Source: Cycas panzhihuaensis
Lineage: Eukaryota; Plantae; Cycadophyta
Direction: 5' to 3'
Length of the DNA: 64,000 nt
NCBI GenBank assembly: GCA_023213395.1
Contig: CM041465.1
Location: 139,197,741-139,261,740 of the forward strand
Shown here: positions 52,323 through 64,000 of the stretch, in pieces
Position numbering within the stretch: the stretch's first letter is position 1
How the letters are laid out: each line of letters starts with the position of its first letter
Made by a program: the position numbers and the translations under genes
Notes under the pieces: generated by a model
Databases searched by the model: none
What the model saw: the letters and a program-made list of their open reading frames with translations, nothing else
Told to the model about the DNA's origin: nothing

Positions 52323-54280
52323 AAATCATAATGAAACAATTAGGTAAACTTAAGTTACAACCAAGATTTTTTAGGTCATACTAAATAATTGACAAACTGG
52401 GTGAAGTCGTATACTGACTAAACTTACCACTAGATAGTCATATCGATAATGTATTCCATATTTCTTACCTCAAAGAAAAGCTTAGACAAACTATCACTCC
52501 TCAGTTAAAGATGCCAATACTCGATGAAGAGGGCAAAATAATTATAGATTTATATAAAAAGGTTATACTCCAAAGAAATACAAGAGTGCCTAATAAAATA
52601 TAAAATACTAGATCATGAAGATACTACTTAAGAATCCAAAGAATGGTACCAGTAGCATCTAAACCTTCCGATGCTTTGAGGGTAAAGCATGCTTTCATAG
52701 GGAGGGACTTATAGAGTTTCCACCTTAAAAGATGGGTTGGTCTGGTCAACCACCTTATTTATCCTTATTTTGGCCAACTTCTTAATATTATTTTTGCTTG
52801 ATTCTAAGATTATTTTGACTGACTTCTTAATGTTTATTCAACTAATTTTGGTATTATTCTAGCTTACTTCTTAATGTTTATTATAGTCAATTTACTTGTA
52901 TTATTCTAGCTAACTTCTTTAGTATTCTAGATGACCTAAAATTAGTTTGGCCACTTCTTTATAGGTGATTTTGGTCTTGGTTCAAGATAATCTTTTGTAC
53001 ATTTGGATTTACCACATTTTTGGCCTTAAGGAGCCTTGTGGGGAGGATGCCTCACCTTGAAGAGAATACAAAAGACTTAGTTTGTATTCCTTATAAATAT
53101 GACAAATTTTGTGCATATTTTATTGGTATATATCATTAAAATATTTAGTCTTGTGATCTTAAAGTAGTAAAATATAATATCCTTTTCTCTATTATTATTT
53201 TTATTACTTATTAATTTATATGAAATTCCATAAAATAATATTATGAGTGGATACTATTTACCCAATATTTATTTTTATTTCTTGTTTACCTATATAGAAC
53301 TTTTGTATAAGTGGAAGATAATATTATGAGTGTTTTGGTATCATATAGTTAGAATTATTCATTTCCCATAAGTATATTGTATTGTATATTTGTATATATT
53401 ATTCTTTAATTCTTTCACCCACACATCTTTATATTTCATAGCATTGTATAAACCTAGACTTATATTTGGGTATTTATATCTAATAATTAGTATTAGAGCC
53501 AAATCTATTAGAACTTGGTCTATTAGAGCCCTAATTCAACCCTATTTTGACTCAAGTTAGGTTATAAAACTATGTTGTATCCATTTATCAAGGGTTTATT
53601 TTAAACTTATTTAAGTATGCTTATTTGTGACTAATGAAGGGGGGGGGGCTAGTCTATTTGTTTGTAAGGTGAGGTTCTGTTATAGATTACAAATGGTTTT
53701 GAACCATGATTTTATAAGGCATTTGGAGTATATTAATGTTATGAACCTAGATCATATTGGTATTTATGTTAAAATATAACAACTTTTTCATGTACTCTTG
53801 TGTAAAGTTAGTCACTTTACTTAGATAAAGTGTAAATATATTTAATTTATACCTTAATGTTATACTTCCTAGTTGAGGGTCATAACCCCACTTTAGCCTT
53901 ATAACTATCCAATCAGGTGTGTGTAATAGAAGATCTAATGAAGTATGAGCATGAAGTCTAATCCATATCCACCATTTATAAAGTGATATATATAGAGCCC
54001 TCTATAAATTAAGGCCATGTCTACACTCATCATGTTCTCAATAAGAGATATAAGGTTGTATATCTGGTGAAAATCAAAACTCTACCAAACTTCTATATTT
54101 ATCATAAATTAGTTTGATTTGTTATTATTTTAGGTTAGAGCCAATTTCAAATCTTCTACATATTATATTCATTTGAATATATTTATAATATATTTGATGA
54201 GTTTATGTTTGTTGGATACAAGAGAATAAAGATTATATAGTATGTTTTTTAGTAATTAGATTAATTTTAATTTTGTCATT

Positions 54281-54291
54281 TGGTATCAGAG
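54281..54291 (+). other. tRNA-Met PBS of an older LTR element that hosts the Copia insertion
   Basis: ...TTTTGTCA-TT-TGGTATCAGAG. A G-run PPT at ~53637..53648 may mark the start of its LTR. Confidence 0.5.
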
Positions 54292-54364
54292 TAGTGCTAT
54301 CTTGTATATACTCATTTATTGTAGGTTAATTATTTATCAAGAGAAGAAGGTGATATATTCCATT

Positions 54365-54661
54365 TGAAAAGAGTGGATCTATCCTTCATCTCCATGCACT
54401 AAACACAAAGGCAAACATGGGAGCAAGAGAGACTTGAGAGAAAGAAAGTAGCTCTCACAAAATGAGGAGGTAAAGAATGAATCTCCTCCATTGAGCTTTA
54501 CTTTTATATTGAGAGAGGGAGCATTTGGGTTAGGTGAAATGAAATTACACATAATGCACATGAAAGTGCATTTCACTTAAGTGATCTAATTTAAAGTTCA
54601 CTTAAGACCCTTTTCGAAATAATCAACTAATGTAATGACCTTATGTCATTAACCCTTTTCA
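54365..54661 (-). repeat. Copia 3' LTR (297 bp)
   Basis: By eye it differs from the 5' LTR by 2 substitutions and one homopolymer indel. Confidence 0.97.
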
Positions 54662-55069
54662 ATCTCCCCCTTAATGGTAGAAGGTCATTTCATTCTATTT
54701 TATTCTATCCTATGAGGTCTTCATTTGAGCCTCTTACAAAGCAAACTAGTATGATACTTTTATGGGAAACCCTCATGGGGAAGAAAACACACAAATTTTC
54801 TAATCTACTAACTTGGCTCAGGCAGCTCTTTAAATGTAGCCAGATAGCCAATCAAGACAATAAATTTTGTATTTGAAATCTCTGAGTCTCCATATACCAT
54901 TTGGTCATCCCCATGCCCTTTTGGGTTTTCACAGTTCCGATTTTCCAAAATGATACAACCCTTATCCTTCGGCCACATGGGGTTTTCACGAATGGGATAG
55001 GCAGAGACTTACTCTTGTCCTTGGCGCCTGAGGGGTTTTCACGAATGAGACAGTATGATGGTCCTATTG

Positions 55070-58000
55070 TCATCTCCTTCAATCGATCGTAGATGGAGGC
55101 CCTAAGGTGAGTTGCTTTGAACTGCTCAAACTTCACCCTCTTGGTGGTTTGGTGAAGATATCGGCCACTTGATCTGTGTGGGCGTTACTCAATTGAATTG
55201 TGCCATCATGAACTAGTTCTCTAATCCTGTGGACTTTTGTACTTATATGTTTGGTACGATCATGAAATCTGATTTTTAGCCATCTGGGTTGTAGATTGAT
55301 TATCTACATGTAATCTAGTAGAACTTGTTTGGGTGGCATTTAATGTATTCAACAATTTTCTAAGCCATATCACCTCCTTGCTTGTCTCGAGCGTGATGTA
55401 CTCGGCTTGAGGCTGAGTCTGCAACTATCTTTTGCCGTCTGGATCTCCATGATATTGGTCATGTTCCAAGAAATGTTACGTACCCAGACGTAGATCTTCC
55501 TGTGTCTTTATCTCGTAAGTCGAGTCCGTGTATGCATAAAGTTTAAATTACGCATTGGGTTCATACAATGCACCATATTTGCTAGTCGTCTTTAGGTACC
55601 TCAACACTGTATTGCGACTTGCCAATGATTACGCTTAGGATTTATCATGAATCTTGCAAGAATACTGACAGAGTGTGCAATATCTGATCTTGTGTTAGTA
55701 GTATAGATGAGACTACCTACAAGTTGCTGTAGAGTGTTGCGTCTGCCTCCCTATTGTCACCATCAATCCGAGAGCTTAATATTAGGCTCCATAGGTGTAT
55801 CCTTCCACCTTCAGTACCTTCCAAGAAACTTTGTCGGAAGATCGTTGATATATTTTTCTTGGGAGAGAAAGATTTTGCCATCCTTTTGAGTTACTTCAAT
55901 TCCCAAGTAATATTTCATCAACCCGAGGTCGAACAATTCAAAAGTTTTAGCAAGGTCCTTCTTCACGGTTTGGTGATTACTATTTCACTAGTGAGCATGT
56001 CATCCACAAAGATTAAGAGGTAAGTGACTTTATCATTTGGCGCTTGATGAATAATGTTGCATCAATATCTTGATAGTCACAACCTCATATCCAAGTTGCC
56101 TCATTCTTTCGGACAACTTGGTAAACCAAGCACGAGGGCTTGCTTTAGAGTATAAGGACTTTTTGAGCCTACAAACTTTATGCTCCTACAAACTTATCTC
56201 GTATCCATCGGGTGAGCCATGTAAATTTCTTCTTTAAGGTCCCCATTGAGAAATGCGGTCTTAACATCGAGTTGGTGGATTTTCCAACCATTGAGCGACC
56301 AAGGCTATTAGAGTTCGATTGTAGGCCACTTGGTTGTAGGAGCAAAGATTTCGATGTAGTCAATGCCTTCCCTTTGCGTGAATCCTTTTGCTACCAACCT
56401 CGCCTTATGTTTTCTAGGGTGCCATCCGATCTATACTTGTTTTGAACACCCATTTATTTTGAACTACCTTTCTTCCAAGTGGTAGATCAACAAGCTCCCA
56501 TGTACCGCTCTTAATAAGAGATTGATACTCTTCGTTCATGGCATTTCTCCAAGTTGCATGCTTCTGACTTCTTGGTACGTTAGGGGCTCTTCATTAAGAG
56601 CAAGATGCAGTTCTGCTGGTTCAAGCTCAACGGAAAGTGATTCATGCATCCTTGCTCTATGGGCACTTCTAGTGCCAGTTTTGCCTACCTCATCTGGTCG
56701 CATGTCCTTGTGTAGCTGGTAGGCTTCACGAAAACCTCAAGTTGGGAATGAGGTTTTCATTTCCACAACCTCTTGGTCTTCGTTTTGATCCTGAAAAGGA
56801 TCATGTGAAATATTTGGCACGGAGGAAGTTGACGATGCTGGAGAAGATGGGCCAGCCACAGATGTTGGAGAAGATGATCCTTCTGCTATGGCTTTGCCTT
56901 TGTCAACTTGGCTATTCACAAATGATGGTGCTGGATGTGTACACATTGGATTGGAGTCACAGACTTGTATCCTCCGAGGCTCTATTGTCGATTCCAAGAT
57001 TTTAAGCATCCGTTGAGATCTCCCCTAAATTTTGGAATCTGGACATCAAATTCAATAGCATCATTAAATCGATATGAAGGCGTCTTGGAGTCAAGTCTGA
57101 GTAATTGATCTTGATCTGCAAAGATAACATCTCTAGTGATGATGATTTTGCGCTCAAGGTATAAAAACCTTGTATCCCTTTTGTCCATAGGGTATCTAAC
57201 AGAGATGCCTTTGATGGCTCTATCTTGGAGCTTATTTCTATGTTCCTGCAAAATATGAGCATAACAAGAAGAGCCAAAAATTCTGAAGTGCGAGATAGAG
57301 GGGGTTTGTCCATACCACATTTCATGTGGAGAGGGGCCAAGCTTGGAGGGACTAACAGTGTTGATGCAATACACGATCCGGATAGCCTCAGCCCAAAGAT
57401 AGATAGGGACATTCTTATATACCAGCATAGCACGAGCCATATTCATGATGGTCCTGTTCATACGCTTGGCAACTCCATTTCTTTGGGGTGTACGCAAGCT
57501 GGTCCGATGTTTGATTCCACGTTGATGTGAGTGCGATTCAAACTCATTGGATGTGTACTGCCACCATTGTCGGTCATGAGTATTTTGATCTTGAATCCAT
57601 TCATTTTCCACGTGGGCCTTGAAAGCTTGAAACATAGAAAAGCTTCATCTTTCTTTGCAAGAAAAGCAACCCATACTTTCTTGGTAAAATCATCAATGAA
57701 AGTAATATAGTACCATACATTTGATAGAAGGGATGGGCATAGGACCGCATATATCTAAGTGTACAAGCCGCAAAGGTTGGGTAGATTTCCAACGACTACG
57801 AGGAAAGGGTTGTCTTTGAGATTTAGCAATAATACATGCTTCACATTTAAAGGGCTTGGAGGGAACTTAGGCAAACCGGGAAGAGTGTCTTGTAGTTCTC
57901 TTAAACGATCAATTTTGATATGGCCCATACGAGCATGCCATAGAGTCGCTTGGGACAACTTTTGAGGAGTCGGGGTTGTGGTAAAACAAATTCATCATCA

Positions 58001-59550
58001 ACATAGTTGACTTGAGAGGATGGTGAGCCGGTTAGGCGGAAAAGTTTACCATCAAGAATTAGGTCATAACCACACGGCATTTGAAGGAGGGTGAATGACA
58101 CGAGAGAGTTTGATTGTTTGCGGTTACACTCGGATCAAATCCACGAGAGACAAGGGTGGACAGGAGAGCATATTACGCCCAGGCGAGAATATATAAAACA
58201 TCAACAAGTGTAAAATCTGGAAGGCACAGGAGTTTCGGGCAAACTGCTCCAAGTCCTTCGATGGATGAGATGATTTGTCAACCATGTGTACAACACCACG
58301 AACTTCAGAGTCAAAATCTTAAAAGAACTGGCGATGACAAGTCATGTGTTGTGTTGCTCCAGTATCCATGATCCACGATGAAGTATTTGAGGTAGCACTA
58401 TTTGCAACTCCAAGTGGTAAAGGCAAAAGTGAATAAGCATAACCACAATGAGCCTCAATATACTTAGTGGATCTATCAACAACATTTGATGAAGTGGTCC
58501 CAATTCTTTGAAGGTGTGCATGAGCAAATTGCGTTCCACCAAAAGCATCTTCAAAGAAGTATTATCAACATTATGTGCACCATGGCGGTTGATAACTTGG
58601 TAGTTTGTTGGTGGCGATTCTGCAATTTTGGCATAATGTCCTCTTCTATTACACCTTTGGCACACGATTGTTTGATTTCGGTCAAGTATTAGGCTGGATT
58701 GTCTCGATTCTTGGATCTAGGTCGGGTTAATTATTTTGCCCTTGGCCTTGAGACTGTTTTTGTTGGAATTGAGGAGCCTATTGACTAAGAGGACGTTGTC
58801 CTTGTTGTCTACCTCTTCCTCTTCCTCGGGAATTACCACCTCTACGAGAGTATTGACCTTGATTTTTGGTGTAACAAAGATCTTCTTCCACTTCAAAAGT
58901 AGCATCAATTGGATCTGATGTAGTGGCAAAGTTGGAATCAAAGGTCTTATCAAATTCAATGAACTTATCAGCAAGATCCTCAAAGTTTAGGGTCTTTAAA
59001 GTTCCACTGGATTGAAGACTCCCAAATAGATTTTTATAATGGGATATGGAGACATGGTGAATCAAGAAAGCCCATGTAATGCATTGAGTTTTAAAATCTT
59101 TATCAATGGCTTGCTTGATTGGACGAAGAGATTGATTGTCTCACTTGCATGTCCTTTTGCATTTTCAATTTGTTCATCTTGACACTAAGTGAACAAATTC
59201 TAAGTCGATTTAGTGTCAAAGTTCTTCTTAAGAACTTCAAGAACTTTCCATCTTTGTATCATGTACGGCTTCATCAATGAGATTATGCGAGGAATAATCG
59301 GTGACAAGCGATATCCACCGGATTTTATCATCATCAAGTTCCCATTGGTGTTTAGCTACGACTTGATTGGGAGCGGTTGGAGCACCTCTCATTGAGCGGT
59401 TGTGGTAGTAGGCTGCAGCGGTGGTGTAGGTTGTAAGTGATCTCTCCATAGACCTTCATACTTTGCGGCATTTCGACACCAGGAACCACATGTCCGAATT
59501 TTCTTTCCCTTTTAGAATGCGTTCACATTTTGCTTGAATTGTGAAGACAT
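55070..59550 (-). pseudogene. Copia gag-pol, heavily frameshifted as assembled
   Basis: Knuckle CQRCNRRGH; protease WIMDTGATQHMT (~58377); LWHARMGH; integrase TPQRNGVAKRMNRTI; RT KARLVAKG and LIFVDDML (~56000); RNase H RSTSGYV, RTKHI, DQVADIFTKP. Confidence 0.9.
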
Positions 59551-61576
59551 TGTGTCTTTTAGAAGGAAGAAATGAACAAGGACTATAAAAGTGATGGTAA
59601 TAAATGACCAATCACTATTTACAAATGGGAAATGTAATGAAGTAGTGTAGAAGAAGGAAGAAGAAGTGAGAATGGTTGCTCAAAGATGAAGGGAGCAACT
59701 TAGAGAAAAGTCACCAACACTTGTGATAAATATTAACTTGACGCAGCAGAATATGAGAAGAACTATGATAAAAATTGGCCACTAACACTTGTGGCAAATA
59801 TTAACCGACGCAGGAATATGAGAAGCACTATGATTGTGATTACACTATGGATCACTTTTACAAATAAGTAAGTGATCAATATACAAGATTGTAGGCCAAT
59901 GTAGAAGTTGACATCATTAGGTTTACACAACTTGAAGCTCGAATGTAGGATGCGTAATCAACCCAATAACCTCTAACTTGTGTCCAACGTGTAGTTGAGG
60001 TTGTTGAAGGATGCCTAGGCTTCTAGTAGAATTAATTTGGCCTTCACCTGCGGTACACGCAATCATGCTTGGTGATGGAATCGAAGTTACAACGGAGCCA
60101 GTACTCCCAATCCTCACCCGATTCACCAATGAGCGGTATATACCTCCTCTAAAGAGTGGTACGTGCATACCCATGGCTATGACGGATATTGGATCGGGTA
60201 TATTTTAATCTTGTATTAAAGTTTCAGTTTTCGGTTGGTTATCGGGATGATCCCGATTGAGGCACGATGGTATGGCTAACCAAACCTCACCAATATTAGG
60301 TTTAGTCGGACCCAACTTGAAACCCACACCTCCTTTATGGCACGGCATTCTGCCAACCAAGGTATCTCAACCTTGGCGAGTGTGTGAATAGGTACAAGAT
60401 GGCAGAAAATAGCGTACGTGATGCGTTCCTTTTAGGAAGAGTGAAAAGATTTTCGAATTGCATCAAACGTACATTTAACTGAAAATAATGCTTGCTTGGA
60501 GTGCTCTTGGAGTGCTTGCTTGAAGTGCTTGCTTGAAGTGTCTTTGGAGTGCTTGCTTTGAGTGATTTTAGAGTGCTGAAATGCAATGCTCAATAAGTGA
60601 GTGAGGACACCGGATATTGCTCCGATCCAGGTGTTTTTTTTCTCACTTTTACAATGGGCTTTTAAGCCTTATAAAAAGGAAGAAATTTTCTTCATTTTTT
60701 TTTTTTTGTTAATACAAAAAAAGTACTCTTCACTAAATCTGCAATAACTTTCTCCCACGATGTCGAAATGGAGTGCCGATTTTTGTGCTGCAAACTAGAC
60801 TCAGAGCTTCATCTTTAGAAGTGGAATCAGGTCCAAATGAGTTCTGGAACATTTTTGACAGCCCCGTAAAGTTAGGAAATTATATTTTTCCAGAATTCTT
60901 ACTAAAAATAACTGCTGTTCACTAAAACAACAATAACTTCCTCATACAGAATCCAAATTAGGTACCGGTTTTTGTGATGGAAAGTAGACTCAGAGCCCCA
61001 TCTTTGACAATTTGAATCACTTCAATTGGATCTCTGTAGAAGATTTTGCAGACCTGTGAAGTTCAACAATCAAATTGAATTTCTGCAGAAATTTCAGCTT
61101 TCTAATCTCTCATTAACACATGATACCATATGAAATTTCCATCATTTTTTGATCACTAGGATCCCAATATGGGCAAGGTGAGAGCATACAATGATAGATA
61201 TTTTAAATGGCTCAAAATTCTTTTAAAAAAATGGGTAAAACTCCCTTACAATCATTCTTCTAAATCTTTGGAAAAATTTAAAGATTTCCCTTGTTAAATG
61301 GACAAAAAGGAAAAGAAAAAGAAGAATGGGATAGCATGAATGGCCAGCAAAGGATTGGAATCCTTGGGCCTTACAACTCCTTGTATTATGCTTCCAAACT
61401 TGCAAAAGAGAAAGGAAAGGAAAACAATACAAAATATGCTATCATAATAACTTGAAAATATTTCTAAATTCACTTTCACAATCTCCTTCACCACATGGAT
61501 TGTGGGGGAGAAGGAAGTGATGGCTCCATTGCAAGTGCAAGTGGGGAATATGAAGGAAGCAAGCTCTGATACCACA

Positions 61577-61874
61577 TGAAAAGAGTGGATCTATCCTTCA
61601 TCTCCATGCACTAAACACAAAGGCAAACATGGGAGCAAGAGAGACTTGAGAGAAAGAAAGTAGCTCTCACAAAATGGGTAGGTAAAGAATGAATCTCCTC
61701 CATTGAGCTTTACTTTTATATTGAGAGAGGGAGCATTTGGGTTAGGTGAAATGAAATTACACATAATGCACATGAAAGTGCATTTCACTTAAGTGATCTA
61801 ATTTAAAGTTCACTTAAGACCCTTTTTCGAAATAATCAACTAATGTAATGACCTTATGTCATTAACCCTTTTCA
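61577..61874 (-). repeat. Copia 5' LTR (298 bp)
   Basis: Adjacent to the Met-PBS; near-identical to 54365..54661. Confidence 0.97.
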
Positions 61875-63221
61875 CCATTATGAAAATAAAACCCCATTTT
61901 CAATCTCATTCTAGTCCATTTGAGGTCTGTTCAACTCTATTAATCTTTGTTCTTATCCATTCATTTATCATCATTTGTGTAAATCCTACCTATATGTAAC
62001 CTTAAGCTCCTTTTGTTTGTGTGACCTTCGTGATGACTGGCCATGATTGTGACACATTATAACAGGCTCTTCTTCATGCAACCTCCTCGAGTGTTATTAT
62101 GACCTATGCCATTTTCATCTATGTGAATGCATTGAGAGGATCTCTCCATAGTAGAAGGAAGTTTGTAACCTTATGTGATGAGCCACTTGAGTTACCGTAT
62201 AAAGAACTTATGCCCAACTTTGTTTATATAGTTGTGGGATCCCTATATGATATAATGCTAGCAAGAAACTTATAGTTGTAAGAGTCTTAATCTCACCTAC
62301 ATAGAGAATATAGATGTAGCTATGAAAGAAAATATGTAATCAAAGTTGATTGCTCAATAGATAGCCTTTGAATCCATCAAGCAACTAAGGAGATCGATCT
62401 ATAGATTTTCCCAAGAAATTTTATGAATCCATTTAGTTTTTTTTATAGATTTCATTCATGCACAATTGATAAATCCATATGAAAAGAGGTAAAATTCAAC
62501 TTTGCATAAAAAAAAATTACAAAGATAATATAAAATTTAATTAGATTGAGATTTTTGTTAAAGTTCATGAAGTACCTTTTGGATAAGTAGATAGTCATAT
62601 ATAGCCTAAACATGACTAGGTATAACCTGAAGTATGACCAGATCATTGTTTGGTAGCCCAAGTAAGATTAAATCATAAAGTTACAACCTAAAGTATGACT
62701 AAGTCATAAAACTATAACGTCATAATTCAGTTCCTAATTCATAAGGAATAAGTTGAGTTATTTTGCTCATAACTTTGCAACCAAATGTCTATTTTCTAAC
62801 TTTATAAGTCCCTTTCTTTCATCTTATTATATATTTTTAAAGCACTTTTTTATTAATTACAAGCTTTAAATATATTTTTAAAGGGGATTTTGTAGTTATA
62901 AGATTATTATAATGGATTTTTAATCCTTTAAGAGTCATATTTTACTCATTTTTAAAGCTAATTATGTGTGGTTCTTTGTTGTTACATTTGCTTCTATTAT
63001 TTGAGATAGGATTATCTTTTACTTTTCAATAGTGGCTTCTTCCTTATTGAGCACTCTACACCCTTTCATTTATAATTTTATTATTTATTTATTATCTTTT
63101 TAATTAAGTCTCCTACTTTAAAATTATTAAAATTTTAGATTCTTGATTTTTAAAAGGAATTTGAACTTGAAACATTAAACAATATAATCTTCAAATTAAA
63201 TTGCATAAACTACCAATCCTA

Positions 63222-63700
63222 TAAGGGGAATGATTAGGACCCTTGAAGTAATTACACTCATATATGTGAGTTACATTCACCTAGATAAGCAAGCTAAGGG
63301 GTAACTTGTTATAAGGTATATTGAGTAACGAATTGAGGTATAAACCCTTTCTTTAGTGTTCAAAGACCAATCTAAACCTAAACTAAGTGAGTGCCTTAAT
63401 TTTAATCCTTTGCTAGATCTATTGTTTGATATAAATTTGGTACAGGTGGATGCATAGTGTTAGGAAGATAACTGGGCCTTCTATATTCATATACCAAGGT
63501 ATATCAAATTTAACTTGCTTACATACCAATATAATAGAGTGATTGAATTACCATCTATGGATAACTTCCACTACACAAAGTATCAACTTAGGGATTTCTT
63601 GGAGATATTAAAATTTAATATTCTTGCTTAGTAGCCCATTAGGGAAATAGTTCATAATAGTAGCATAAATGTTAATTTTAAATATTATTAAATTATTAGG
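63222..63700 (+). mobile_element. Possible PPT and LTR start of a decayed element
   Basis: TAAGGGGAA-TGATTAGG at ~63222..63237. No partner LTR seen and the right boundary is a guess. Confidence 0.25.
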
Positions 63701-64000
63701 GAGTAATATTTTTTTTGTTTAGAAGAAACAAGTCAAATATCTTTCAATCATAAATGAATTTGGGCCTTATGTATCTAAAGACATAGCCAAACTTACTCCC
63801 ACATCTAACCTAACAAACCTAAATAATGTGATCCCTCTAGACCCTATTTCTCTTATTATCTTTAGAGCTAAAGATAATATAGATATATCCTTCCTTCACT
63901 TAGCTATGGAGGATAATGTAGATTAAAACATTAAGATAATAAACACTTCTCATGAAGCTTGGGACATTATATATTCCTTTTATGAGTAGAAAGATAACTC

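Larger units (their letters stand above)
41400..53486 (+). mobile_element. Old chromovirus-type gypsy (integrase, chromodomain remnant, 3' LTR) interrupted by two insertions
   Basis: Integrase reads through after removing 41691..45996 (HS....RIDKIY|YQI...FWKRMKEDIHKFI) and 46823..52322 (LRLQPYKQ|...KLQPRF...NVFHIS.LK). PPT AGGGAGGGA at ~52700; LTR from ~52710. Confidence 0.75.
54365..61874 (-). mobile_element. Young full-length Ty1/copia retrotransposon (7.5 kb)
   Basis: LTRs 54365..54661 and 61577..61874 (TGAAAAG...CTTTTCA); TSD CCATT on both sides. PBS TGGTATCAGAGC (61574..61563); PPT TTAAGGGGGAGAT. Domain order gag-PR-INT-RT-RH. Confidence 0.97.

Noticed and set aside
54379-54576. Duplicated 65-aa ORF (also 61591..61788)
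   Set aside because: It lies inside the two LTRs, so the duplication is explained by LTR identity; non-ATG start and no coding signal.

Overview
AT-rich, retrotransposon-dominated eukaryotic DNA that looks like a land-plant nuclear genome. Evidence: plant-type L1 LINEs, chromovirus and Copia elements with tRNA-Met primer sites, a PPR remnant, and strong CG/CHG depletion in old repeats. Only one intact host gene is supported. It is a six-exon, minus-strand tubulin polyglutamylase of the TTLL6/13 type (9987..6023, about 812 aa by manual splicing) with the elongase-type CQ and EVNHSPS signatures. This points to a plant lineage with flagellated sperm (inference). Two tandem RRCSGTT (DUO1-type MYB) motifs and a palindrome lie just upstream. 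The rest of the window holds: a Ty3/gypsy element with four Gag zinc knuckles; two decayed L1 LINEs with candidate TSDs; a frameshifted PPR remnant below a CpG island; large microsatellites; a family of non-autonomous gag-only Copia derivatives; a doubly interrupted chromovirus nest; and a young Copia with about 99% identical LTRs but a heavily frameshifted gag-pol. A recurring unexplained pattern is reiterated tRNA-Met primer-binding sites in four apparently unrelated LTR elements. All calls were made by eye; no database searches were run.
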